DNA from: Octopus vulgaris
Taxonomy: Eukaryota
Assembly: GCA_951406725.2 (NCBI GenBank)
Contig: OX597828.1
Coordinates: 59,272,001-59,336,000, forward strand
Length of the DNA stretch: 64,000 bases
Direction of reading: 5' to 3'
Shown here piece by piece: positions 27,065 to 38,170 of the stretch; positions within the stretch are counted from its first letter, which is position 1, and each line of letters starts with the position of its first letter. The notes under the pieces were generated by a model, which worked only from the letters and a program-made list of their open reading frames with translations, did not search any database and was not told the origin of the DNA. The position numbers were made by a program, and so were the translations under genes.

Positions 27065-27283
27065 GATATTGGTTTCAAATTTTGACACAAGACCATCAAT
27101 TTCGGAGTAGGGGTTAAGTCGATTACATCGACCCCAGCATCCAAGTGATACTTACGTTATCGATCCCTGAAGGATGAAAGGCAAAGTCGACCTCGGCGGA
27201 ACTTGCACTTAGAATGTAAAGTCGAACGAAATGCCGCAAAGCACTTTGCCCAGCATGCTAACTATTCCTCCAGCTCGCCGCCT
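27065..27283 (-). mobile_element. SINE family A, alternative-tail subfamily
   Basis: Same head and body, ending in a (GG)TCTTGTGTCAAAATTTGAAACC-type tail. Confidence 0.8.
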
Positions 27284-27309
27284 TAAATTATATTATCATT
27301 GTCGACGGA

Positions 27310-27708
27310 GATGATTATGAGAAGAAGTGGGTAGGAAGTTTGTGTGAAAACTGCTTTCAGCTGACCAAAAACACTCGGATTCAGTTGCACAAGATCTCCT
27401 TGATTGTGTCGAGAACGATGAAAACTTTTTGAAAACTTTGCTTAGGCCTCTGAGCAGGTATCGCTAAGCTTTTGGCAGAATTTGATGCAGATTCTCTGTT
27501 CAGCTTTCTCCGTCATAGTCAATGCACCGATCACATTCCACACACCTTCCTTCCGAGCACTGCTGTAAACAGCGGAGGTGAGATAGAACGTTAAAACTTT
27601 GTGGCAACAGCAGAGTTCAAGGTAAATCTTGGCCAAGCCGTTTCATTATACGTGCCTTAGCTTCGTTACTATGGCTGCAGTCCGGATATCTATTGATCAG
27701 ACCACGTA
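27310..27708. mobile_element. Rearranged mariner fragments
   Basis: Minus strand: TIR TACGTGGTCTGATCAATAGATATCCGGAC and N-terminus MTEKAEQRICIKFCQKL; plus strand 27310-27441: mid-transposase ...SVAQDLLDCVENDENFLKTL. Confidence 0.7.
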
Positions 27709-27778
27709 TTTAAATTTTTCTAAATCGACTTGCCTAATTTTCTTATCCTTACACACACATACACTCACACACAAATAT

Positions 27779-27824
<46 letters not shown>

Positions 27825-27955
27825 TGTGCGCGTGCGTGTACACACACACGCACACGCACACACACACACACATATGTATATATATGTGTGTGTACATATA
27901 TATAATGTATTTAAATATTTGTGTGTGGAGAGAGAAAGAGAACAAGAGAGAGAGC

Positions 27956-28009
<54 letters not shown>

Positions 28010-28759
28010 CGCATACAAATACACTCAAACACGCATATAAGCTCAATCCCCGGACACATTGTGTTTCTCGAAAGGTACACCTGAAAATCACGTCCGCTTA
28101 TATACCGAAATACATATAAAATATACAATGTATTCATTCTCCTGGCACGTTTTATTTCTACGATGAATTACTTCAAAATAATATTAAGCCTCATGGATCG
28201 AATAGATGTAGTAGGAATCGATATTTTATTCCAAGTATTTCTATGCATCCACTGAGTTTATATATCGTTGTTATATATTATCGTTCTAAATCCGATTCTT
28301 TGCTTTACACCCTCTCAGAATGTCTTTGTGCAAAGAGAATATTAGTTATTATAACAGTTTATGTTCCAAAGTCAATTTTGGATTATACTTTTAAGGTCCA
28401 CTTCGGTAATTTGAACAATTCTTATAAAACTGTTTTCCAAGGAAAACTTCAGCGTAGTTCATTGTTGTTATTGGAAATTCAAATCTTTCCTTTGCGTCTT
28501 TCCGGATAAACTGAAGTAAAAAAGACTGAATTGGGATTTCCCCTGAAGCCTGAACTAAAAAAAATGTAGACGATGATGGTAACACACTTCACAGCATTAG
28601 CAATGTCCTATATTTAATTTATTTCAAACCGCCCAGAGGGCTGTGGAGGGTTGGTACAATTTTTTCAAAAGAAAGAAACCTCTCAGAGGTTATATCCAAC
28701 ATGGTGAATTTTGACAAATACATTACAAAATGGATGCTGGGTGGACGCTATTGTAAAGT

Positions 28760-28908
28760 ATGTTTTCAAATTTAGTGTGTAATCTGGGAGGCGATATTAT
28801 ATAAGCAAGAATAGCTGACCATAACGGTATGTGTGTTGAAAAGTTTATATGTCTCGGTGGGAAGAATTGTCTTATTAGAGCTAGAAAGTTTTGGTTCAGG
28901 ATAACGCC
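28760..28908 (-). mobile_element. Penelope-like element fragment (RT to GIY-YIG linker)
   Basis: NFLALIRQFFPP, then after a frameshift YKLFNTHTVMVSYSCLYNIASQI, resembling the PLE motif FL.LI..HFP...L.K.FN..TV.VSYSC..NI. Confidence 0.6.
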
Positions 28909-28911
28909 TAA

Positions 28912-29898
28912 GTGGAGGCAGAGTGGATTGTGGCGGCTGTGATCAGCGGCCACGAGGACGAAGTGGATATTCTCCATGCCTCGGTTAAGTCCGAGGGCTG
29001 GAGAGGCGTAACAGTGGAGCTGAACGTGCAGGCGGAGAACGAGGTACTGGTGGACCTGGCGGAAAGCATCAGATTGGGAGACGTGATCATGAGAGTGTGG
29101 GTGGAGGGCAGAGCTCCACGTTGTTACAAGTGTGGCCTGAGGGGTCACATAAGAGCCTTCTGCCCTCCCCCAGGGAAAGAAATGGATTCCGAACCAGAGA
29201 GAGAGAAGCAGAAACCAGAGGAGAAGGAGAGAGTAGAAGAGGAAGAGAATACACAGAAATGGAAGGAAGCTGGAAATAAGAGGAAGAGAAGAATACGAGG
29301 AAAAGAAAATAACATGGAACACCAATCTACCCCAAAACCACCCACACCCTCTGAGTCCCACCCTATTCCTGCAGACAGTGAACCCACCCGCTCCCCCCCC
29401 CCCAACAAGAAAACAAAAGAAAAAAAATAATACACACAGACAAGAGATTGAAATCGATATCAGGCCGTACATTTGTACTATGACTGAACAGAAAGAAGTT
29501 AAAAGTCTAATGGAAGAGTATAAATGGTATGAAGTTGGTGAGACTAGGTATGCTGTGATTGAAAAGAAGAACATAGATGAGTTTATGGTGAGGTGTGAAA
29601 GGGAGAATTGGGAGGTGAAAGATATAAGAATGAGCGATGAATTCGTGGAAAATATGGATGAGTATTTCGGAGTAAGAATGGATATGGAATTTATTCGTAT
29701 TGGCAAAGAACATTCAAGTGACGATGAAAAACAAAGGACAGGTAAGTGATGCTGGCGGACGGGGCCGTTAGTATCGCTTTCATATTATCATTTTCTTTCA
29801 CTTAACAATTCATTTTTCATAAATTTTAATTATAATGTTCTATGTCCCCATGTCTTTTGGTGTCCCCCTCTGTGTCGCCCCTAGTGGGTAATAAAGAA
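28912..29898 (+). mobile_element. ORF1-only non-LTR element, 5'-truncated copy 1
   Basis: Near-identical to 30677-31663 (offset 1765); encodes CYKCGLRGHIRAFC; ends ...CCCCTAGTGGGTAATAAAGAA. Confidence 0.85.
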
Positions 29899-29918
29899 TC
29901 ACCACATCTGAACCATTT

Positions 29919-31663
29919 GGTCGGTTGTGTTTTTTTCGGCTGCTGAAAATTCGGTAAAAAAGAACAAAAAGCGTTGTTGTTGTTGTGGAAATTGTGAACG
30001 GCGTTGATGCGGTTTCGCGTTTCGCTCGTTCTGCGCGTTACACTTTTTCTGTTTTGGCGGCCGTTTTCGGTCTGTCAGACAGAAGGAAATGGACTATGAG
30101 TCTCTAACAGACTTGTCCACGACAGATGAGGAACTGGAACAGGCAATTACAATGAAGCTGATGGAAGAAAAGGCTGGAGTTTTCGAGTCTTTATCAGACT
30201 TGTCTACGTCTGAGAAGGAGCTAGAAATGGCAGCGATGAAATTGGACGAGAATCTGGGTTATACCTATGCCGGTGTAACCAAGAAGGCGGAAGAGAAAGG
30301 GGTCGACTTGGCCAAGCTACCAAGTTACCAGAAATACATGAAAAAGGAAAGCGGTGAGGTGGAACTAGCACCGACACCCAGGAGAAAAGAATGGTATGAT
30401 AAGAGGACCATTATTTACAGGGTGTTCGCAAACGAAAGGAAGAGGGTAGAAGTTGTAACCATGGAGTGGATAGAGGAAGCCCTGAGAAGAACTGAGGAGG
30501 AAATTAATTTTCTGACTCGAGGATCCAAGTACGGTACCGAAGTTGTGCATTTTAAAAGTGAGTCTGCAGCGAGGAAGATGGCGGCGAAGGCAGTGAAGTC
30601 AGAAAAGGTAACACTTTTACCTACGTATTTAAACAGAAGGATTACACGAATAAGGGTGGAGGGAGTGCCACCAAACGTGGAGGCAGAGTGGATTGTGGCG
30701 GCTGTGATCAGCGGCCACGAGGACGAAGTGGATATTCTCCATGCCTCGGTTAAGTCCGAGGGCTGGAGAGGCGTAACAGTGGAGCTGAACGTACAGGCAG
30801 AGACCGAGGTACTGGTGGACCTGGCGGAAAGCATCAGATTGGGAGACGTGATCATGAGAGTGTGGGTGGAGGGCAGAGCTCCACGTTGTTACAAGTGTGG
30901 CCTGAGGGGTCACATAAGAGCCTTCTGCCCTCCCCCAGGGAAAGAAATGGATTCAAAACCACACAGAGAGAAGCAGAAACCAGAGGAGAAGGAGAGAGTA
31001 GAAGAGGAAGAGAATACACAGAAATGGAAGGAAGCTGGAAATAAGAGGAAGAGAAGAATACGAGGAAAAGAAAATAACATGAAACACCAATCTACCCCAA
31101 AACCACCCACACCCTCTGAGTCCCACCCTATCCATGCAGACATTGAACCCCCCCGCTCCCCCCCCCCAACAAGAAAACAAAAGAAAAAAATAATACACAC
31201 AGACAAGAGATTGAAATCGATATCAGGCCGTACATTTGTACTATGACTGAACAGAAAGAAGTTAAAAGTCTAATGGAAGAGTATAAATGGTTTGAAGTTG
31301 GTGAGACTAGGTATGCTGTGATTGAAAAGAAGAACATAGATGAGTTTATGGTGAGGTGTGAAAGGGAGAATTGGGAGGTGAAAGATATAAGAATGAGCGA
31401 TGAATTCGTGGAAAATATGGATGAGTATTTCGGAGTAAGAATGGATATGGAATTTATTCGTATTGGCAAAGAACATTCAAGTGACGATGAAAAACAAAGG
31501 ACAGGTAAGTGATGCTAACGGACGGGGCCGATAGTATCGCTTTCATATTATCATTTTTTTTTTCACTTAACAATTCATTTTTCATAAATTTTAATTATAA
31601 TGTTCTATGTCCCCATGTCTTTTGGTGTCCCCCTCTGTGTCGCCCCTAGTGGGTAATAAAGAA
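29919..31663 (+). mobile_element. ORF1-only (HAL1-like) non-LTR element, apparently full-length copy 2
   Basis: ~170 bp leader, one ORF1-like coding region, ~150 bp trailer with AATAAA; no endonuclease or RT sequence. Confidence 0.8.
30089..31512 (+). CDS. Tx1/L1-type ORF1 protein (RRM-like region, CCHC zinc knuckle, charged/Pro linker, acidic C-terminus); one frameshift in an A-run
   Basis: ORF 30089-31246 with ITRIRVEGVPP and VWVEGRAPRCYKCGLRGHIRAFCP; ORF 31243-31512 joins in frame if the A7 run near 31184-31190 is A8, as it is in copy 1, giving ~474 aa. Confidence 0.75.
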
Positions 31664-32380
31664 TCACCGAATATGAACCATTTTCTTGCACAATGCGTCT
31701 CCATCTTTCCTTTAACCTGAAAATACCTCTTTCTTTATTACCCACAAGGGGCTAAACATAGAGGGGACAAACAAGGACAGACATAGGTATTAAGTCGATT
31801 ACATCGATCCCAGTGCGTAACTGGTACTTAATTTATCGACCCCGAAAGGATGAAAGGCAAAGTCAACCTCGGCGGAATTTAAACTCACAACGTAACGGTA
31901 GACGAAATGCGGTTACGCATTTCGCCCGGCGTGCTAACGTTTCTGCCAGCTCGCCGCCTTTCTTAACCTGAAAATACCCTCTTCCCAGAATTGAGGTGGT
32001 TTCATGGCAAACGTCATCCAAGGAATTGACATTTTTACCATTAAGACTATTCGGCAGAGACCTGAATAAGTGGAAATCCGAAGGAGCAATATCTGGTGTA
32101 TATGGAGGGTGGGGTAACACATCCCAGCCGAGCTGCAGCAATTTTTGTCTGGTTCCCAAAGCATCAAGTGCCGAATATGAACTTTTTTATCTTCCATTTT
32201 AAAGAGTTACAGAATTAACACAGATTATAGGAACATAAACCTTCTTCCATCAAAAGATAGCTTAAACTGTGCTCTAAATGGAGTTGTCGTGGAATCCTAT
32301 TTTATGGACTCAACCATGTTCTAAAATAAGTCGAAAGGTAAGCAACTATAAACCAGCACGAACTTTCCGGACAACCTAAT
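31664..32380 (-). mobile_element. Internally deleted mariner with SINE A inserted at ~31730-31958
   Basis: MEDKKVHIRHLML directly abuts TRQKLLQLGWDVLPHPPYTPDIAPSDFHLFRSL; TIR ...TTCCGGACAACCTAATA; SINE flanked by TTAACCTGAAAATACC. Confidence 0.85.
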
Positions 32381-32465
32381 ATTTAAATTAATTTCTATGG
32401 ATAAAATTGATTTGTACAACGAGTAAATCGTAAGACAAGGTCGGTCATTGAACGAATTAAACTCG

Positions 32466-32507
<42 letters not shown>

Positions 32508-33070
32508 GCGCATTTTCTTCACTCTAACTTACTTTCCACATTTTCATATTTTCACGTGGTGCATTGATAAATCCTATGAGAAAAACGAAGTTAATTGAAG
32601 AGGTGGCTGTTACGTTGCGTTAGCTAATGTTAAAAGTTAGTATGAATCATTACTGCCTACATACAAGTTGTGACAAATCAGACCGGCGATAAGTACTGGC
32701 AGGCAGGAAGTGTATTTCAAGGGTTCAGACCAAATCTCAAAGAGTTATTCTCTAATACGCTCTTTTACCACGCCTTTAGTGTAGGCGGTCTTAGATGCTT
32801 GTAACATGGTACCACCAGACACACCCTAACTGCATGGATGAGGTATATCCCCTCCATAACTTCCTTATTATCATCGTGATGTAAATGACTCAAGTGCAAA
32901 AAGCCAAATCAAAACAAAAAAACAAAAAGCCCCACAAGCAAACAGAGAACCCAGACGCAAACGAATTTACACTCAGATATTCAAAGAAGGTAGGGAGCAA
33001 ACGAGACAGTCTCTATATAGATTGCTGCAAGGTACATATTATGGCCTACGGGTTTCCTTAAATTATTTTA

Positions 33071-33181
<111 letters not shown>

Positions 33182-33301
33182 TATATACATATATACACCT
33201 ATTTATAAACAAATTAAATGGAGAGCTTCAATTGATAATCCAGTATTAATTTACATTATAATATAACATAATATGCTATGAATATAATATAACATTAAAA
33301 A

Positions 33302-33413
33302 ATCATTAAAAAACCAAAAGAGCCAACAATTTGTTTCGACTCATATACATTATTTGATTTACAAACAATTCAATTTGCTTATATAAGTCTCATCAGAGCT
33401 TTGGTTTAATGAT
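33302..33413 (-). ncRNA. Type I hammerhead ribozyme motif with intact core
   Basis: Minus strand: CTGATGA (33396-33390), 10-bp stem II GACTTATATA/TATATGAGTC, GAAAC-AAATT-GTT, bulged stem I AAACCAAAGCT/GGCTCTTTTGGTTT extended by ATCATTAAA/TTTAATGAT. Confidence 0.8.
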
Positions 33414-33577
33414 AGATGAAATTCCGCGTGAAAGGACGGCTGGGTTGTAAACAAATTAATTCAAATGCCTATGTATGATGAGCGTGAGCATTAACTTTTA
33501 TAGTATAAATGAGTTACAAAGAGGTACAGGTATCAATTCATTACGGCTGTTTCAAGCGATTCCTTTAATTGATTGAT

Positions 33578-33761
33578 TTGCAAAGAAACCGTTTTCGCCA
33601 GACGACTCCATGAACTTCAAACATAAAGGACAATTCGACTGATTTAACATAGTCACAACTCCATAGGGCTAAAATATTTACATCGATTCTGCTGCTATTC
33701 AGTTGGCAGAATTAATGTTTGAAGTTCATGCAGTCATCTGACGAAAACGGTTTCTTTGCAA
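33578..33761. repeat. Inverted repeat with ~47-bp arms
   Basis: TTGCAAAGAAACCGTTTTCG...CATGAACTTCAAACAT versus ATGTTTGAAGTTCATG...CGAAAACGGTTTCTTTGCAA with about 3 mismatches. Confidence 0.9.
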
Positions 33762-33861
33762 TGATGTAATGATGAAAGGAGCAGAATGCAGAATGTTAAC
33801 CCATGTGATCCTCATTCAGTTTTGCTTCATTCAACTAGTAATTAACATTCTTCATATTTTA

Positions 33862-34990
33862 AGTCGGTGAGCTGGAAGAATTGTTAGCATGTCGCGCAAG
33901 ACAGCAGTATTTCGTCCGTCTCTGAGTTCAAATTCCGCCACGGTTGAGTTTGGCTTTCAGGATTGAGAAAATAAGTATCAGTTGAACACTGGGGAAGGAG
34001 TAATAGACTTCACCCATCCCCGAAATTTCTGGCCGTGTGCAAAAATTTGAAATCAATATTTTAAGGCGGCGAGCTGGCAGAAATATTAGCACGCCGGGCG
34101 ATTTGCGTAGCTGTATTTCGTCTGCCGTTACGTTCTGAGGTCAAAATCCGCCGAGGTCGACTTTGCCTTTCATCCTTTCGGAGTCGATTAAATAAGTACC
34201 AGTTACACACTGGGTTCGATATAATCGACTTAATCCGTGTGTCTGTTCTTGTTTGTCCCCTCTATATTTAGCCCCTTGTGCGTAGTAAAGAAATAGGTAT
34301 TTCGTCTGCCGTTACGTTCTGAGTTCAAATTCCGCCGAGGTCAACTTTGCCTTTCATCCTTTCGGGGTCGATAAATTAAGTACCAGTTACGCACTGGGGT
34401 CGATGTAATAGACTTAACCCCTTTGTCTGTCCTTGTCTGTAATCGACTTAACCCCTTTGTCTGTCCCCTCTATGTTTGTCCTTGTCTGTAATCGACTTAA
34501 CCCCTTTGTCTGTCCCCTCTATGTTTAGCCCCTTGTGGGCAATAAAGAAATATAGGTAAGATGTTTTGCGGCATTTCATCCGTTTTTACGTTCTAAGTTC
34601 AAATTTCACCAAAGTTGACTTTGCCTTTCATCCTTTCGAACTCGATAATGTAAATACCAATTTCTTTACTACCCACAAGGGGCTAAACACAGAGGGGACA
34701 AACAAGGACAGACAAACGGATTAAGTCGATTATATCGACCCCAGTGCATAACTGGTACCTATTTAATCGACCCCGAAAGGATGTAAGGTAAAGTCGACCT
34801 CGGCGGAATTTTAACTTAGAACGTAGTGACAGACGAAATACTGCTAAGCATTTCGCCCTGCGTGCTAACGTTTCTGCCAGCTCGCCGCCTTCACGATAAT
34901 GTAAATACCAGTTGAACACTGGGGGTAGATGTAACTGACTTGTCCCCTCCCGCTAAATTACCTTGTGTCAAAATTTGAAATCAGTGTTTT
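33862..34990. mobile_element. Cluster of tandem and nested SINE A copies
   Basis: Plus copies at ~33862, 34065-34550 (tandem units with tail stutter) and 34560-34990; minus copy 34660-34888 flanked by CGATAATGTAAATACCA. Confidence 0.9.
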
Positions 34991-35812
34991 TCATATTTTA
35001 AGACGGACGTTTGGAAGAGAAGAATATGATAAAAATAAGTAGTATTAACCAAGTGAATTATGCTACATCCAATTCCCGATTATTATTATGTTTTGCTTAA
35101 AACTATCTTGTACCATAAAATAAGCTCTTTTGTTGCTTGGAGAGGTGATCTGTATATTTCGGGTATTTTTTAACGAATTTTATTTACGATATTTATCAAG
35201 GAGTGTATTTTCCTTGGATTAAATTTTGTTCTGTTATAAGTATTTCGCCTTCTTTTCGTCAAAAGACTAACAACAGTGTTATATCTTGCCAACAAAGCTT
35301 GTACTTATGAATGACTGTTCAGCATGTAGAGTACTTAAAATCCATGGTGGTGTTTCACAAAGGCACAAACATTTATTGCTTGCTGAACTTGCTACTATAG
35401 CTGTGTGTGTGTGTATGTAAGAGAGACAGACAAAGAGAGAGACTGTGTGTGTGTTGCACTGTATGTCGTGTTATCCCTGTAACATTAACAACTTTTCGAG
35501 CATATCTCTAACGTTCATTTTTTCAGTGTATTATTTTCTTGATGACAATGTTGAAACCTTATATGATACGTAAACTAAAGCTTGAAGCAGTTAAATTGAT
35601 GTAGCGATCAAGAGAGGAAAACCATTTTAATTATCAAGCGCATCCCCTAATTTTGGTCGAATTTTAAAAATCTCCACAATTTCATTTCCATCCATCCATC
35701 CATCCGGCAATCCATCCCCTCTCTCCTCTCTGTCTCAAATATTATGTGTTCCCATCTCTGTCTCAAATAGTATGTGTTCCCATCAACAGCTGCATATTCC
35801 AACACCACTACC

Positions 35813-35850
<38 letters not shown>

Positions 35851-36308
35851 CGTCAACTACGACAACAAATCCATAACATTTTATGAATTATAATCACAGC
35901 GAATAAAAAATAACAGCAAAAACAAAAGAGAGCTATTTTTAAGATACAAGAAAATTGCCTGGCGAATGGACTCTATTCCGCTTATCCTTATCATTTCCGT
36001 AACTATCTTTTCTCTTACTGCCATTTAATGTCCATTTAAATCGTCACTCAATCTTCTCCATACCTTTCTGTTTCTAATACTTCTCTCTGTCGCTTCTATA
36101 AAATCCTCTTTCCCTATTGTTCTCCTTATTTAACTATAGTACCTCCTCCGTCATAACATTATCCCTATGTTTTCTTCGTCCATTAACAGTGCATTCAGTT
36201 TTATCTTTCGCTATATTTCTCTCTTCTATCCTCAGTCTTCTATGTCCCGATCTCTTCTATCCTCAATCTTCGTCTTCACCTCTTTATAAGCATTTTTATA
36301 ACTTTATA

Positions 36309-36455
36309 TACACAGGGGTTGGACAAAATAATGGAAACACCTCAAAATATTTCAAACAAATATATTTTAATATGGGGTTGGACTGCCTTTGGCAGTAATT
36401 ACAACTTGAATTCTACGAGGTATGGACTTGTACAAAGTTTTAATTGTTTCCAAAG

Positions 36456-36459
<4 letters not shown>
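36309..36459 (-). mobile_element. Tc1-like transposon 3' end
   Basis: IPLETIKTLYKSIPRRIQVVITAKGSPTPY* and TIR TA-CACAGGGGTTGGACAAAATAATGGAAACA. Confidence 0.8.
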
Positions 36460-36511
<52 letters not shown>

Positions 36512-36914
36512 CAAAATGGGACAAGAATGCAAAACATCCAGACAACTAGGTGATACAAAAAGGGACAACAAAAATCCAGATTGACGATACAAAAACAATC
36601 AAGGACGGGTCATACGAAGCTTTCTATCCTCAGTCAAGAACCGGATCATCCTTGCAATTTCGGCTGACATATATATATGTCGCCATGATAGATCGGTAGC
36701 CATTACACACATTTTCTTCACTCCTTGTTTCTCTCCTTGTTTCTTTCTGTGTTCCTTTCTGTGGAAGAGCATAGGCTCGAAACGTAAAAGACTTTTTCAA
36801 TTCCTGAGCGTTATACTAATACATCTGTTTGTTTTCTACACCACCTGGCTTCGTCTTCTGCTTTTTTCGTGAATTCTCCCCCCCCCTATATATATATATA
36901 TCTTTCTCTTTTCT

Positions 36915-36968
<54 letters not shown>

Positions 36969-37036
36969 AAAATGAAAATAGTAATGCAATACGAGAGTAT
37001 TGCTTTCCAGTAAAGGATAGCCCGTGAGGGTAAAAT

Positions 37037-37480
37037 TATACATAAAAGTAAATAAATGGTACAACGAAGCACCGATATCTACTGGAAAATAGCGAACGTA
37101 ATAAATACGACGCTAATGTATAGCTTCACTGCGTATGTACTAGTAAAGATGCGTGTGTGCAACAAACATGAAAAAAATTGTCTTACCTCTAGGAAAAGCA
37201 TCTGAAAAATGAAAAACCTAGATAATGGATAATGCAGTACCGGTTTCGGATTTTTCAAAATACGCTTGCCAAACGTATACTGCATTATCCATTATCTAGG
37301 TTTTTCATTTTTCAGATGCTTTTCCTAGACGTAAGACAATTTTTTTCATGTTTGTTGCACACACGCATCTTTACTAGTATATACGCAGTGAAGCTATACA
37401 TTAGCGTCGTATTTATTACGTTCGCTATTTTCCAGTAGATATCGGTGCTTCGTTGTACCATTTATTTACTTTTATGTATA
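37037..37480. repeat. Long fold-back inverted repeat, 203-bp arms and 38-bp spacer
   Basis: 37037-37239 is the reverse complement of 37278-37480 with two mismatches seen; it explains the near-identical ORFs on opposite strands. Confidence 0.95.
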
Positions 37481-37619
37481 TATATATATATATATAAATG
37501 GCAGCCATAGACTGTTTATTTCTATTTTCTACAAATGGGACTCCACATACGACATATCCCTGTAATTCACATATGCAAAACAGAAGGAATAAATAACGAA
37601 AACAAAGTCTAATGGTCAT

Positions 37620-37673
37620 TTGCGAACATGTTTCTAGATTAGAAATATAATTTTATATCTTTCATCAGCGCAA
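37620..37673 (-). ncRNA. Minimal type I hammerhead ribozyme motif
   Basis: Minus strand TTGCG-CTGATGA-AAGAT...ATCTA-GAAAC-AT-GTT-CGCAA: perfect 5-bp stem I, palindromic AACATGTT stem III, weak stem II. Confidence 0.7.
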
Positions 37674-37848
37674 CTCTCCATAACACTAGATTTACCAAAT
37701 GCTAGGTACCTCATCCTTCTGACCAGGCGACTCTTTTGATGTCGCCTGGTCAGAAGGATGATGTACCTAGCATTTGATAAATCTATTCTTATGGAGAATT
37801 GCGCTGATGAAAGATATAAAATTATATTTCTAATCTAGAAACATGTTC
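37624..37848. repeat. Hairpin with ~108-bp arms and 9-nt loop, carrying two opposed hammerhead cores
   Basis: Arms 37624-37731 and 37741-37848 with about 5 mismatches; plus-strand core CTGATGA 37804-37810, GAAAC 37838-37842, GTT 37845-37847. Confidence 0.9.
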
Positions 37849-38170
37849 TGAGTTCAAATTCCGCCGAGGTCAACTTTGCCTTTCATCCTTTCGGAGTCGA
37901 TCAAATAAGTACGAGTTACGCACTGGGGTCGATATAATCGACTTAAACCCTTTGTCTGTCCTTGTTTGTCCCCTCTGTGTTTAGCCCCTTGTGGGTAGTA
38001 AAGAAATAGGTATTTCATCTGTCTATATGTTCTGAGTTCAATTGACAACAGGATCGCCCTCGCCTTTCGTCCTTTCAGGGTCGATAAAATAAGTACCAGT
38101 GGGGGTCGATGTAATCGACTTACCTCCGCCTCCGAAAGTGCTAGCCTTGTGCCAAAATCTGAAACCAGTA
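37845..38170 (+). mobile_element. 5'-truncated SINE A followed by a second SINE unit
   Basis: Starts GTTCTGAGTTCAAATTCC; tail joined to GGTATTTC at ~38009. Confidence 0.8.

Noticed and set aside
28723-29706. 327-aa minus-strand ORF
   Set aside because: Mostly antisense to the purine-rich ORF1; only its end overlaps a Penelope-like fragment.
36612-36670. Minus-strand CTGAGGA with nearby GAAA
   Set aside because: No stem II can be drawn.
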